Part shown: positions 49,693-58,931 of the stretch, piece by piece
Numbering within the stretch: position 1 is the stretch's first letter
Layout: each line of letters starts with the position of its first letter
From: an uncultured Alphaproteobacteria bacterium
GTDB taxonomy: Bacteria > Pseudomonadota > Alphaproteobacteria > Bin95
Length of the DNA stretch: 64,000 nucleotides
Direction: 5' to 3'
NCBI GenBank assembly: GCA_938083135.1
Contig: CALLKY010000002.1
Coordinates: 16,097 to 80,096 of the forward strand
Program-made: the position numbers and the translations under genes
Notes under the pieces: generated by a model
The model's input: the letters and a program-made list of their open reading frames with translations, nothing else
The model's database searches: none
Told to the model about the DNA's origin: nothing

Positions 49693-50202
49693 ATGCAACG
49701 TTCCGCGGCGGACGTATACAAAACCCAGTCGATCATGACAGCGCCCCCGGCTAAGTTGGTGGCGATGTGCTATGATCGGGCAATCATGGCGTTGCGTGAT
49801 ACGATGCGTGCGATTGATGCCAAAGATATTCAGGGTCGCTTCAATCACTCGACCCGGGCCGCGAACATCATCGCGCACCTTTGGGGCACGCTTGATATGG
49901 AGCAGGGCGGTGAAGTTGCCAAAAACCTCAGTGAAATCTATCGATATGCGATGCGGCGTGTTCAGGACATCAATATGTCCAGCGACAAAGCGGCTGCTGA
50001 AGACGTAATTGCAGTGCTTGTCCCGTTGTCACGGTCATGGAACGAATTGGCGGACCGGGGCGAAGAAATGCCCATGGCAATGCCGAAAGCGCCGCCACCA
50101 CCACGCCGCCCACCGCCGCAACCGGTTTCGGGTGCGCCTGGCCCGTCAGGGCAACCAGGCAACGGTCCGCCACAAAGCAGCGGCATTTCGATTAGCGCCT
50201 GA
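49693..50202 (+). CDS. fliS: Flagellin export chaperone FliS with Pro-rich tail
   Basis: Y...SIMTAPPAKLVAMCYD, LDMEQGGEVAKNL..IY.Y, L..SW; follows fliD. Confidence 0.9.
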   Translation: MQRSAADVYKTQSIMTAPPAKLVAMCYDRAIMALRDTMRAIDAKDIQGRFNHSTRAANIIAHLWGTLDMEQGGEVAKNLSEIYRYAMRRVQDINMSSDKAAAEDVIAVLVPLSRSWNELADRGEEMPMAMPKAPPPPRRPPPQPVSGAPGPSGQPGNGPPQSSGISISA

Positions 50203-50313
50203 TCGCTGTCTATCCTCTTTATCGATAGCCCTAAACACGCCAAGATCACCCAGATTTTGCGCGTCTGCTGATTCGCGGCTGGCCGCTTTTATGGCGAAAG
50301 GTGCTTGGCGACG

Positions 50314-50739
50314 ATGCCAGACGTTGGTTTTCGAAAATGGCTTGATCTGACCTATGATGAGATGACGGATGACTATGCCGTCGTTTCAATTGATTTAGAC
50401 GGCGATAAGGTAAATGTGCGTGGCGTGGGCCATGGCGGTGTCGTTGCATCCCTGATTGATATCGCGATGGGTACGGCAGCAGGCGGTGGGAATTACGACA
50501 CGCGCAAACGCTTGGTTGCGACCCAAGAACTCAAAGTGAATTACCTCGCACCAGCCAAGGGTGCCCGCCTAACGGCACGCGCGGATATCGTCCGTGCGGG
50601 GGGCAGGGCCATTGTCGTGCGTTGTGATGTGACTACGGATCTGGGCGTGCTTTGCGCGACAGCACTTGGCACTTTCATGACCCGCCGTGTTGCATCTGGA
50701 GACCCGGCGCGGTTCCAGCCAGGGGCTGATGATGCATAG
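50314..50739 (+). CDS. PaaI-family thioesterase (hotdog fold)
   Basis: N..GVGHGG..ASLIDIAMG, T.ELKVNYLAP. Confidence 0.88.
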   Translation: MPDVGFRKWLDLTYDEMTDDYAVVSIDLDGDKVNVRGVGHGGVVASLIDIAMGTAAGGGNYDTRKRLVATQELKVNYLAPAKGARLTARADIVRAGGRAIVVRCDVTTDLGVLCATALGTFMTRRVASGDPARFQPGADDA

Positions 50740-50840
50740 AGCGCCGTGTGTCGCTTGCGATGCAGCCCGGCGCTCTATCACATTGATTGCGGGCAATTTA
50801 TCCCGACTAATCTGATTCAGATTGGTCGGGAATTGCCCTA
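50737..50840. repeat. RIME1/BRU-RS/CIR-like two-hairpin intergenic element
   Basis: 104 bp running TAG...CTA; hairpin 1 TAGAGCGCCG...CGGCGCTCTA (50737-50777); hairpin 2 GGGCAATT..TCCCGACTAATCTG-ATT-CAGATTGGTCGGGA..TTGCCC (50791-50838). Confidence 0.75.
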
Positions 50841-51761
50841 ACCCTTCAGCAGCAATAGCAGGATACCGGCGACGATCAGAACGATGCCAAATATCTCGCC
50901 CCTGGTCGATTTCTCATGGAAAAACATGACAGAGGCGATGAAGGTAAACACAAGCTCGATCTGACCCAACGCGCGGACATACGCAACGTTCTGGATCGTC
51001 ATGGCGGTAAACCAACCAACGGAACCAAGGGCCCCCGCAGCACCAACGATGCTCGCAACCCGCCAGGCTTTGATGATCTTGGTGAGCTGGCCGGGCTCCC
51101 TGATCCTGATGTAGATTAACATGGCTAGGGTCTGCATGCCTGTTGCCCAAACAAGCGTATAGCCAGCGTTAATCAGGAACAGGTTGCCTGCCGCATCCGG
51201 ATCCCCCAGCGCATGGGAGCCCCCGCGATAGGCGACAGCAGATATTCCAAACAGCGCGCCAGACGCCAAGCCAATAAGGGTGGTTCTTTCAAAGAGTGCA
51301 GCCATAAGATTGCTTAGGCCATTGCCGCTCTTCGCCAAACTAATGGCCATCACGCCCACTAAACTGATGAGAATGGCGAAAATGGCTGGCCAGGTTAGTG
51401 AATCACCAAGGAATACAGCGCCAAATATGGCCGCTTGCACGGTTTCTGTCTTGGAATAGGCGGTGCCGACAGCAAAATTTCTAAAGCCGAAAAGATAAAC
51501 TAATAGCGCCGTCGCACCAATTTGACTGGCACCACCAAGGGCGGTCCATGCAAAGAATTCTGCGTTGACGGACGGTAGGCTAAACCCAAATCCGTACATC
51601 AGCACCAAGCAATAGGCGAGCGCTACGGGAAAGCCGTAGCCGAACCGGGCAAACGTGGCACCTGCTGTCGATAGCCGGCCCTTAAGATGTTTTTGCAATG
51701 CCGACCGCAGGTTCTGCAAAAACGCAGCAGCGATCGTGATGGGAATCCAAAGTTCAAACAT
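50838..51761 (-). CDS. DMT/EamA family transporter
   Basis: About 10 TM helices in two EamA-like halves; RNFAVGTAYSKTE, ALGQIE. Confidence 0.87.
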   Translation of the reverse strand: MFELWIPITIAAAFLQNLRSALQKHLKGRLSTAGATFARFGYGFPVALAYCLVLMYGFGFSLPSVNAEFFAWTALGGASQIGATALLVYLFGFRNFAVGTAYSKTETVQAAIFGAVFLGDSLTWPAIFAILISLVGVMAISLAKSGNGLSNLMAALFERTTLIGLASGALFGISAVAYRGGSHALGDPDAAGNLFLINAGYTLVWATGMQTLAMLIYIRIREPGQLTKIIKAWRVASIVGAAGALGSVGWFTAMTIQNVAYVRALGQIELVFTFIASVMFFHEKSTRGEIFGIVLIVAGILLLLLKG

Positions 51762-51795
51762 GCTGATTTCAATACGCTAGCTGGTAAACGAAACA

Positions 51796-51825
51796 CCCCC
51801 TCGCACCGGGAAGGTTGCGAGGGGG
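51796..51825 (-). terminator. Probable intrinsic terminator after thiolase
   Basis: 10-bp stem CCCCCTCGCA/TGCGAGGGGG followed on the minus strand by TGTTTCGTTT. Confidence 0.6.
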
Positions 51826-51846
51826 GAATCGAATGAGAGCAGGTGT

Positions 51847-52989
51847 TTACTGCTCCTGGTTCGTGAAGACCACTGTGCCGGACGCAGCGAACATGCCGCC
51901 AACGCCATGGCAGAAGCTGATCTGCGCATCGGGCACCTGGGCCGGAGAGACACCGCGCATCTGGCGAATGCTTTCCTGCAAGGCGTACATGCCATACATG
52001 CCAGAATGCATGTAGGAGAGACCGCCGCCATTGGTGTTCATTGGCAGCTTACCGCCAGGCGCTGTATTGCGCTCCCAAACGAAGTCCGCTGCTTCACCAC
52101 GCTTACAGAAGCCCAGATCTTCCAGGCCGTAGAGCGGCAGATGCGCAAATGCGTCATAGATCATCAGATGATCGACTTCATCATGGCTGATGCCAGACGT
52201 CCGCCATGCTTCACCGCCTGAAAGCCGGAAGGCTTGGGAGGACGTGAAATCTTTCATCTGCGAGACCATGGTGGTCTCTGCACCTTCGCCGGTACCGATG
52301 ATGTAGACGGGTTTCTGCTTCATATCCTTGGCACGATCGGCCTTTGACAGAATGATAGCGCCGCCGCCGTCCGTGACGAGGCAGCACATGAGCAGAGTGA
52401 ATGGCCACGCGATGGGGCGTGCGTTCAGAACGTCATCCACCGTGATCGGGTCACGCATGTAAGCCCGTGGGTGCATCGCAGCATATTCGCGCTGCACAAC
52501 GGCGACATTTGCCAGTTTCTCAATCGGAATGTCGTATGTTTTAAGATAACGCATCACTGGAATGGTGAACTGCGTTGGCGGGTTCATAACGCCGTATGGC
52601 AGCTGGAATTGGCCTTCAAGCATGCCCGCACCAATAGAACGTGGCGTCATGCCAACCTGGCTGCGACCACTTTCACCATGGGTGATCAGAATGTTCGTGG
52701 CGAGCCCCGCTTCAAGTGCAGCTACAGCATGACGTACGTGGATCATGAAGGAGCAGCCGCCAACGGACGTGCCGTCCACATAAGTCGGCTCTATGCCGAG
52801 ATAGTGCGCGAGCTCTGTCGGGACTTCTTTGGCCGTTGCGATGCCATCAATGTCAGACGGCTTCAAACCAGCGTCCGCCATTGCATTCAGCGCAGCGTCT
52901 GCATGAAGCATGATGTTTGAGATATGGGGCAATTTGCCCATTTCAGTCGATTCGGCTGCGCCGACGACTGCTACAGAACCTGATTTCAT
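51847..52989 (-). CDS. SCP-x-type thiolase family protein
   Basis: VGGCS, CCLVTDGG, YDAF, NTNGGGLS..H; adjacent to DUF35. Confidence 0.9.
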   Translation of the reverse strand: MKSGSVAVVGAAESTEMGKLPHISNIMLHADAALNAMADAGLKPSDIDGIATAKEVPTELAHYLGIEPTYVDGTSVGGCSFMIHVRHAVAALEAGLATNILITHGESGRSQVGMTPRSIGAGMLEGQFQLPYGVMNPPTQFTIPVMRYLKTYDIPIEKLANVAVVQREYAAMHPRAYMRDPITVDDVLNARPIAWPFTLLMCCLVTDGGGAIILSKADRAKDMKQKPVYIIGTGEGAETTMVSQMKDFTSSQAFRLSGGEAWRTSGISHDEVDHLMIYDAFAHLPLYGLEDLGFCKRGEAADFVWERNTAPGGKLPMNTNGGGLSYMHSGMYGMYALQESIRQMRGVSPAQVPDAQISFCHGVGGMFAASGTVVFTNQEQ

Positions 52990-53003
52990 AGTTGTGTTCC
53001 CCC

Positions 53004-53426
53004 TCAGCCCTTCGCAGGCCGGAACATCGGCAGATCGATGTCGTCGGTCAGAGTTTCAAAGCAGACTTCCAGCGGCATATCGAGCTGGAGGGCTTCCGGC
53101 GTTTGTTCGCACTCCATAATGTTGGCCATCAGGCGCGGGCCTTCTTCAAGTTCAACAACCGCGATCGCATAAGGCGGCTCGAGCTTGAAATTTGGCGGGG
53201 CGCGGTGGTTGATCACGTAGCTATACAAAATGCCTTTGCCGGACGCCTTGAACGTCTCAACATTGCGGCTGCCGGTGTAGGGGCTGAATGGACGGGGTGG
53301 GAAGTATGCTTTGCCCGTATCCTTGCAGCGCTGCAGGATCAGTTCGCCATTCTTGCACCCGTCCCAGAAGTGCTGGGTCTCCGGTGTCGGTTGCGGCACA
53401 GGCCGTTGTGGTTTCGCGTCGGACAA
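53004..53426 (-). CDS. DUF35 Zn-ribbon/OB-fold protein
   Basis: FWDG...L.LQRC, FPPR, SGKG.LYSY, VELEEGPR; AAGGAGG before TTG start. Confidence 0.9.
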   Translation of the reverse strand: MSDAKPQRPVPQPTPETQHFWDGCKNGELILQRCKDTGKAYFPPRPFSPYTGSRNVETFKASGKGILYSYVINHRAPPNFKLEPPYAIAVVELEEGPRLMANIMECEQTPEALQLDMPLEVCFETLTDDIDLPMFRPAKG

Positions 53427-53532
53427 AATCGCCCCTCCTTTAGCTTTGGTCTAGGTATGAGAGGTCGAAAGCGTAACCAAGTTTTCCGGCCTTGAACATG
53501 GGGGCAATTCAGCAGGTTGCCGCAAACGAGAA

Positions 53533-53562
53533 AGGGCCGCTCCCGTTTCTGGAAGCGGCCCT
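53533..53562 (-). terminator. Probable intrinsic terminator after phasin
   Basis: 9-bp stem AGGGCCGCT/AGCGGCCCT followed on the minus strand by TTCTCGTTT. Confidence 0.6.
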
Positions 53563-53600
53563 CGACCAAGTCTCGATACCGTCAGATGACGGCGCGTGCC

Positions 53601-54038
53601 TTACTTTGTCGCGAGAACGGATTTCGTCTCGTCGATGGAGGCGGTGAAACGTGCGTTGACGAGGCTAACGGCTTCGTCAGCGGTCTTTGCAGCCATGTCC
53701 ATCATTTCGCGGCCATTGTCGAACATGCTCGTGTAAGCAGTCTTCGCAAGGTCGGCCTGCTTAGCAACGCGCTCTTCCGGGGTGGCGGCGGCCAGATCGG
53801 TCATCGCCTTGGTTGCGGATTCCGCGGCTTCTTTAGCAACTTCAGCCTGGCGACGGGCGAGGGCGGTCATGCCTTCGTATGCGCTCTGACCAGCAGCGGT
53901 CATGGCTTCCATGTTCTTACGCTGGGTCGCCATGATGGCGTCCATGTCAAAGCCAGGTGCTTTGAACTGGTTGAAAGCTTTGAACATGTCGAAGTCAAAT
54001 GCTGGCTTCGGGATGGCTGTCTGTTTCGCTGCGCTCAT
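53601..54038 (-). CDS. phaP: Phasin (PHA granule-associated protein)
   Basis: Ala-rich helical protein, PGFDMDAIMATQRKNMEA...RRQAE motif; AGGAG SD; upstream PhaR-type boxes. Confidence 0.88.
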   Translation of the reverse strand: MSAAKQTAIPKPAFDFDMFKAFNQFKAPGFDMDAIMATQRKNMEAMTAAGQSAYEGMTALARRQAEVAKEAAESATKAMTDLAAATPEERVAKQADLAKTAYTSMFDNGREMMDMAAKTADEAVSLVNARFTASIDETKSVLATK

Positions 54039-54093
54039 TGAATTTCTCCTTGCTAAAGCAGATGCCGGATGCCGTCGGCGACACGCCCCGGCT

Positions 54094-54165
54094 TTGTGCA
54101 CTGCAACATTGATGCACTGAATATGCGTACTCATTGGGCAGTGTCAAGGAAAATTGTGCGATGCA
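54094..54165 (-). promoter_or_regulatory. Two PhaR-type boxes upstream of phasin
   Basis: Minus strand TGCAGTGCACAA (54094-54105) and TGCATCGCACAA (54154-54165), 60 bp apart, both matching TGCRNYGCASMA. Confidence 0.75.
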
Positions 54166-54187
54166 ATATAAAAATATTGCGTCTGCG

Positions 54188-57100
54188 TCACGCGACGGCA
54201 AAATCATCCGCATCAAGTGTCGCCAGGGCAACGCCTGTCAGGGTCACTGTGCCACCACCGGTTAGATCGACAACTGTGTCATCGCCATCCGCCCGTGCGA
54301 GTGCGAGAACATCCGCACCCGAGGCGAAGCCAAACCCGAATGCCAGGAATATGTCCTCGTTGACAGTGAAGTCCGTGATTACGTCATCGCCTTGTAACGT
54401 GGCGAATTGGAATGTATCCGCACCTGCGCCGCCGGTTGCTTGGTCATTATCAGACTGGCCATAAATGAAATCATCGCCAGCACCACCAAGCATTATGTCG
54501 TTACCGCCGTTGCCGAAAATGCGGTCATCGCCATCATCACCGTCAATCTGATCATCCCCACTGCCGCCGATCAGTGTATCGCGCCTATCACCAATGCCGC
54601 CAATCAGAACGTCATCACCGTCACCACCATTCAATACGTCAGAACCAAACCCGCCGTCCAATGTATCGGCACCTTGCGAGCCGGTCAGAGTATTGGAGCC
54701 GAAATTGCCTGTGCCCGTCAGCCCACCGACAGTCAGGGTTAGATTGTCGACGCCGATTGCTATTTGATAACTGATGCTGGCAAGCGCCGTATCATCACCG
54801 CCATTTGATATCTCAATGATCTGATCGCTCACAGAATCGACGCGATACGTATCATCGCCAGCGCCGCCGATCATCAGATCATTCCCAAAGCCGCCATCCA
54901 ATAGATCATTACCATTGCCGCCAAACAGCGTGTCATTCCCTGACTGGCCGACGAGTTGATCATCACCATTGCCGCCGATGAGCACATCCTGATCGGCATT
55001 GCCAAACAGCCGATCATCGCCATCGCCGCCTTCGAGTTGATCATTGCCGCCGCCACCGATCAGGCGGTCGCGGTCATCGCCAGGGCCACCTTCCAGCAAA
55101 TCGTCGCCATCGCCCCCACGAACATCATCGCTACCGCCACGACCGCGCAAATTGTCGTCACCAGCAGAGCCATTCAGGCGGTTCGCACCATTATTGCCCG
55201 TGCCCTTAAGCCCGGGCGCGATCAATGTCAGAACTTCGAAACCGTCAGCCAGCGTAAAATCAACCAAGGCTTCAACGGTGTCCGTGCCTTCTCCTGCAGC
55301 TTCGAACAGGACGTCGCCTGCGTTATCCACGACGTAAACATCGTTTCCCGTTCCGCCGGTCATTATGTCCGCGCCAGCGCCACCGTCTAAGCGGTCATCG
55401 CCACCTAGACCAGACAGCGTTTGGGACCCGGCGGCACCTGTAATCAAGTTCGCAACCGCATTGCCCGTGCCTAACACGCCTTCGCCGCTGACCTCCAGAT
55501 TCTCAAAATTGTCGGCTAGCGTGTGGTCAGATGATGTTGCGACCGTGTCCGTGCCTTCGTCGGCGAGCTCAACTGCAGTATCGCCCACGTCATCGATAAT
55601 GTAGCGATCATCGCCCAACCCGCCCGTCAGCGTATCAGCACCAGCACCACCGTCGAGCACATCATCGCCCGCATTGCCGACAAGCTGGTTGGCACCTGCG
55701 TCGCCTGTGATTTGGTTTGCAAGCTCATTGCCGGTGCCGGTCAAATTATCGACAGCTTGGCCGTTCAGGGTCAGGTTTTCGACATTTGCACCAAGCGTGA
55801 AGCTGATGGATGCAGATACTGAATCTGTGCCTTCGCCCACGTTTTCAACTGCTGTATCGCCGATATTGTCTACGATGTAGGTGTCATCGCCTATACCGCC
55901 AGTCATGGCGTCAGCGCCTGCGCCGCCATTCAGGATGTCGTCGCCAGCTTCACCGCGTAGATCATCATCGCCGCCGGCGCCATTAAGGGTTTCCGCACCC
56001 GTGAAGCCGAAGATCACATTGGCGTCGTCATTGCCCGTTCCCGTCAGGCCTTCAGCCGAGAGCGTCAGTGCTTCGACATTGTCGCCAAGCGTAAAATCGA
56101 CCAGCGTTTCAACGGAATCGAAGCCTTCGCCTGCAAGTTCTGTAACTGTGTCGCCTACGTTATCAACCCCATAGGCGTCGTCGCCAATGCCACCTGACAT
56201 AGCGTCAGCGCCAGCACCGCCATTAAGGATTTCATTGCCACCAGCGCCGTTTAGCGTTTCGCTGCCGCCAGCGCCGGTAATCAAATTACCAAGTGCATTG
56301 CCAGTCCCCGTGAGGCCTTCGACAACAAGCGTGAGGTTTTCGATATTGTCGGTCAGTGTGAAATCAACAGACGCCTGGACTGCATCTGTACCCTCATCGA
56401 GAAGCTCAGTGGTCGTATCTCCAGCATTGTCGATGATATAGACGTCGTCTCCGCTACCGCCTGACATTGCGTCCGCGCCAGCGCCTCCATCCAAGGTGTC
56501 GTTGCCTGCACCACCGTTAAGGGTATCTGTGCCGTCGAGGCCAACAAGTTGGTCATCGCCAGCTTCGCCATTCAGTGTTTCTGCGCCAGTGTTACCCGTC
56601 AGGACGTTAGCAAGTTCATTGCCTGTACCGGTCAATCCCACAGCCAATGTCAGGTTCTCAACATTGCTTGTAAGGGTGAAATCGACCTCAGCCTCGACCC
56701 GGTCTGTGCCCTCGTTCAAAAGCTCACTAACGGCATCGCCGGAATCATCGACGAAATAGACATCATCACCTAGCCCGCCGGTGAGGGTATCAGCCCCAGT
56801 ACCGCCGAACAGCTGATCGGCCCCATCGCCGCCTTGCAGATCATCACTGCCGCCTAGGCCTTGGAGGATGTCATCGCCGCCCAGCCCTTGGATGACATCA
56901 TCAGCCCCGGACCCTGTAAGTGTCTCGCCGCCATTTGTCCCAACGATAGCGCCGCCTGAAGGGCGGATGAACTCTAGCGCCGCTGCAGCATCAATCAATC
57001 CGGCGCCAGTCGCAGCATCAATGCCGACATCGAAGCCCGCAGTGCGTGGGTCGTCCATATCAATCGCGGTTGCGGCGAGTGCTGCGTTGATTTCAGCCGG

Positions 57101-58744
57101 GGTCAGGTTTGGATTGAATTGAAGAAGCTGTGCGGCAACCGCCGCCACATTTGGCGCGGCTGCGGATGTGCCAAAGAAGTTCGGGTTGGAATCTGCGTCC
57201 GCGCCAGTATCGCTACCGAAGAAGGTATTGTTAGACCCATCAACGCCAACCAAATCAGGGCTGACGCGCTGTTCTGGTGTCGCCAAGCGCGCGCCGTTTG
57301 TGTCGAAAAAGATGTCCGTCCTGCCAACGGATGAGAAGCTTTCAAGCCGGGGAGGGCTGAGACCGAACTCAGGTGTTTGCCCAAAAAAGGCCGCACCGAC
57401 GCTGATCGCATCGGCGGCATTAGAATGCCCGACGGCTGTGCTGCTCTGTGTATCAAATTCATTCACTGCAACGCCGCCGGAGCGATAAAGGACGTATTTG
57501 ATGAAGTTGTCTGTCGCCTGGGCACCCTGGTTCGTGCGCACGATGGAAAGGTTGGCTTGAACGGCGCTGGCACCATTATTATCGATCTGGAAAATCTCGA
57601 CAGGATCACCGCCGATAGTGCTGGAGGAGGCGGAAAGATTGGCGATGATGGCACCGGTATTGTCCGTCAGCAGGATGTCATAATCTTCAATAGCGCCACC
57701 GCTGCCTGCACTGATGGACGAAAATGGATTGTCCCACTGGAATCCCAGCGTAAAGCTGCCACCGGCCTGGAACGTCAAGGATTGTGTGGTGTCCACGCCA
57801 GCGCCTGCATCGAAGTCATGCAGAGTCCCGGTAACGCTGACATTGTTGTTATTCGTGTAAGTGATCGTCTGCCCGCTGTTCGAATACGTGGCCTCGTAGG
57901 AATTGTCAGATGAATTGCCAGCAGATGTGTAATAGGCGACGCCGTCTGCGACGGCCTGGTCAGCGGCTTGCGCGATCACGCCGTCTTGGAAGAATGGCTC
58001 GGCAAAATAGAAGATGTCGTCTGTGATGACATCTGCGCCAGCAGCCACAAGTTGGCCGATGCCATTGGCAAAATCAGCCTGGCCAAGAAATGCGGTACGG
58101 AACAAGAGATCCGCATTCGGTACGATATCATGCACAAGCTGCGCCATGGCCCTGCCTTCGTCGATACCGCCAGAGCCGAGGTCGAGCAGAACAGTGACAT
58201 CGTTCGGCAGGTCTCCGGACGCGATATCAGCGGCTTCGCCACCCAAATTGTCATAGCTGTCAGACATGATGCCGATGGTGATGCCTGTGCCGTCTAGCCC
58301 ATCACTGGCGCGGATCTGGTCGGCTTGCTGTGCGGCGTCGGCTTCATTCTCGACGCTGCCGACATTCGTGCGCGATTGGGCACCCCTTGCGAAGTTTAGG
58401 TTCTCAATGGCTGATGCGGCTTCGAGCGATGCAATGGGCATCAATCCGCTGACCATATTGCCCCAGGTCGACCCGCCTTCGAGGCCAAGCGCCTGCAAGT
58501 CAGCCAGCAAGCCTTCAATATCGCCGTTTATGGAAGCGGCATCTATGACGACCTTATCGCCAATAACGTTGAGTTTTGTGGCGTCAACGAAGTTAAGGCC
58601 GATGTTCGTAAAACCAGAACTGTCCGCTGGCGTTGCTGACGTTGAATTGAGCGTCGGTGCGTTTGCTGAAGGGATTGCCAGCTTTGCCAGGGCACCGCCC
58701 AATTTCGCGGCGGCCTCTGTAAAGCGCTCAGATTGCGTGGACAT
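54188..58744 (-). CDS. Subtilase (S8) with RTX calcium-binding repeats; probable T1SS substrate
   Basis: GITIGIMSDS, DEGRAM, SAGN, FFGTSAAAP; many GGxGxDxL nonapeptides; no N-terminal signal peptide; GGAGA SD before ATG 58744. Confidence 0.88.
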   Translation of the reverse strand: MSTQSERFTEAAAKLGGALAKLAIPSANAPTLNSTSATPADSSGFTNIGLNFVDATKLNVIGDKVVIDAASINGDIEGLLADLQALGLEGGSTWGNMVSGLMPIASLEAASAIENLNFARGAQSRTNVGSVENEADAAQQADQIRASDGLDGTGITIGIMSDSYDNLGGEAADIASGDLPNDVTVLLDLGSGGIDEGRAMAQLVHDIVPNADLLFRTAFLGQADFANGIGQLVAAGADVITDDIFYFAEPFFQDGVIAQAADQAVADGVAYYTSAGNSSDNSYEATYSNSGQTITYTNNNNVSVTGTLHDFDAGAGVDTTQSLTFQAGGSFTLGFQWDNPFSSISAGSGGAIEDYDILLTDNTGAIIANLSASSSTIGGDPVEIFQIDNNGASAVQANLSIVRTNQGAQATDNFIKYVLYRSGGVAVNEFDTQSSTAVGHSNAADAISVGAAFFGQTPEFGLSPPRLESFSSVGRTDIFFDTNGARLATPEQRVSPDLVGVDGSNNTFFGSDTGADADSNPNFFGTSAAAPNVAAVAAQLLQFNPNLTPAEINAALAATAIDMDDPRTAGFDVGIDAATGAGLIDAAAALEFIRPSGGAIVGTNGGETLTGSGADDVIQGLGGDDILQGLGGSDDLQGGDGADQLFGGTGADTLTGGLGDDVYFVDDSGDAVSELLNEGTDRVEAEVDFTLTSNVENLTLAVGLTGTGNELANVLTGNTGAETLNGEAGDDQLVGLDGTDTLNGGAGNDTLDGGAGADAMSGGSGDDVYIIDNAGDTTTELLDEGTDAVQASVDFTLTDNIENLTLVVEGLTGTGNALGNLITGAGGSETLNGAGGNEILNGGAGADAMSGGIGDDAYGVDNVGDTVTELAGEGFDSVETLVDFTLGDNVEALTLSAEGLTGTGNDDANVIFGFTGAETLNGAGGDDDLRGEAGDDILNGGAGADAMTGGIGDDTYIVDNIGDTAVENVGEGTDSVSASISFTLGANVENLTLNGQAVDNLTGTGNELANQITGDAGANQLVGNAGDDVLDGGAGADTLTGGLGDDRYIIDDVGDTAVELADEGTDTVATSSDHTLADNFENLEVSGEGVLGTGNAVANLITGAAGSQTLSGLGGDDRLDGGAGADIMTGGTGNDVYVVDNAGDVLFEAAGEGTDTVEALVDFTLADGFEVLTLIAPGLKGTGNNGANRLNGSAGDDNLRGRGGSDDVRGGDGDDLLEGGPGDDRDRLIGGGGNDQLEGGDGDDRLFGNADQDVLIGGNGDDQLVGQSGNDTLFGGNGNDLLDGGFGNDLMIGGAGDDTYRVDSVSDQIIEISNGGDDTALASISYQIAIGVDNLTLTVGGLTGTGNFGSNTLTGSQGADTLDGGFGSDVLNGGDGDDVLIGGIGDRRDTLIGGSGDDQIDGDDGDDRIFGNGGNDIMLGGAGDDFIYGQSDNDQATGGAGADTFQFATLQGDDVITDFTVNEDIFLAFGFGFASGADVLALARADGDDTVVDLTGGGTVTLTGVALATLDADDFAVA
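54400..56940 (-). repeat. Coding RTX tandem-repeat region
   Basis: Seven degenerate units GGxGDDxYxVDxxGDxxxExxxEGTDxVxxxxxFTLxxxxExLTL interleaved with nonapeptides; boundaries approximate. Confidence 0.85.
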
Positions 58745-58931
58745 CCTGGTCTCCCGATTCAAACTGGTGCACGGCGATACCGTTCGAAATTCTAGGCTGA
58801 ATGCTTAGAAGATATGCGCCTCAGTCAATTATTGCGTCACCATCGCCCACCCACGACACCCAACGCCTAGCACGACGAGGATTAAGCCTTCAATGCGAGA
58901 AGCTGACAAAACGCCCAATTAATGCCCGAAT

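Noticed and set aside
54400..56940. CRISPR or DNA-level tandem array
   Set aside because: Repeats are degenerate and conserved at protein level (RTX); no identical direct repeats with spacers and no cas genes.
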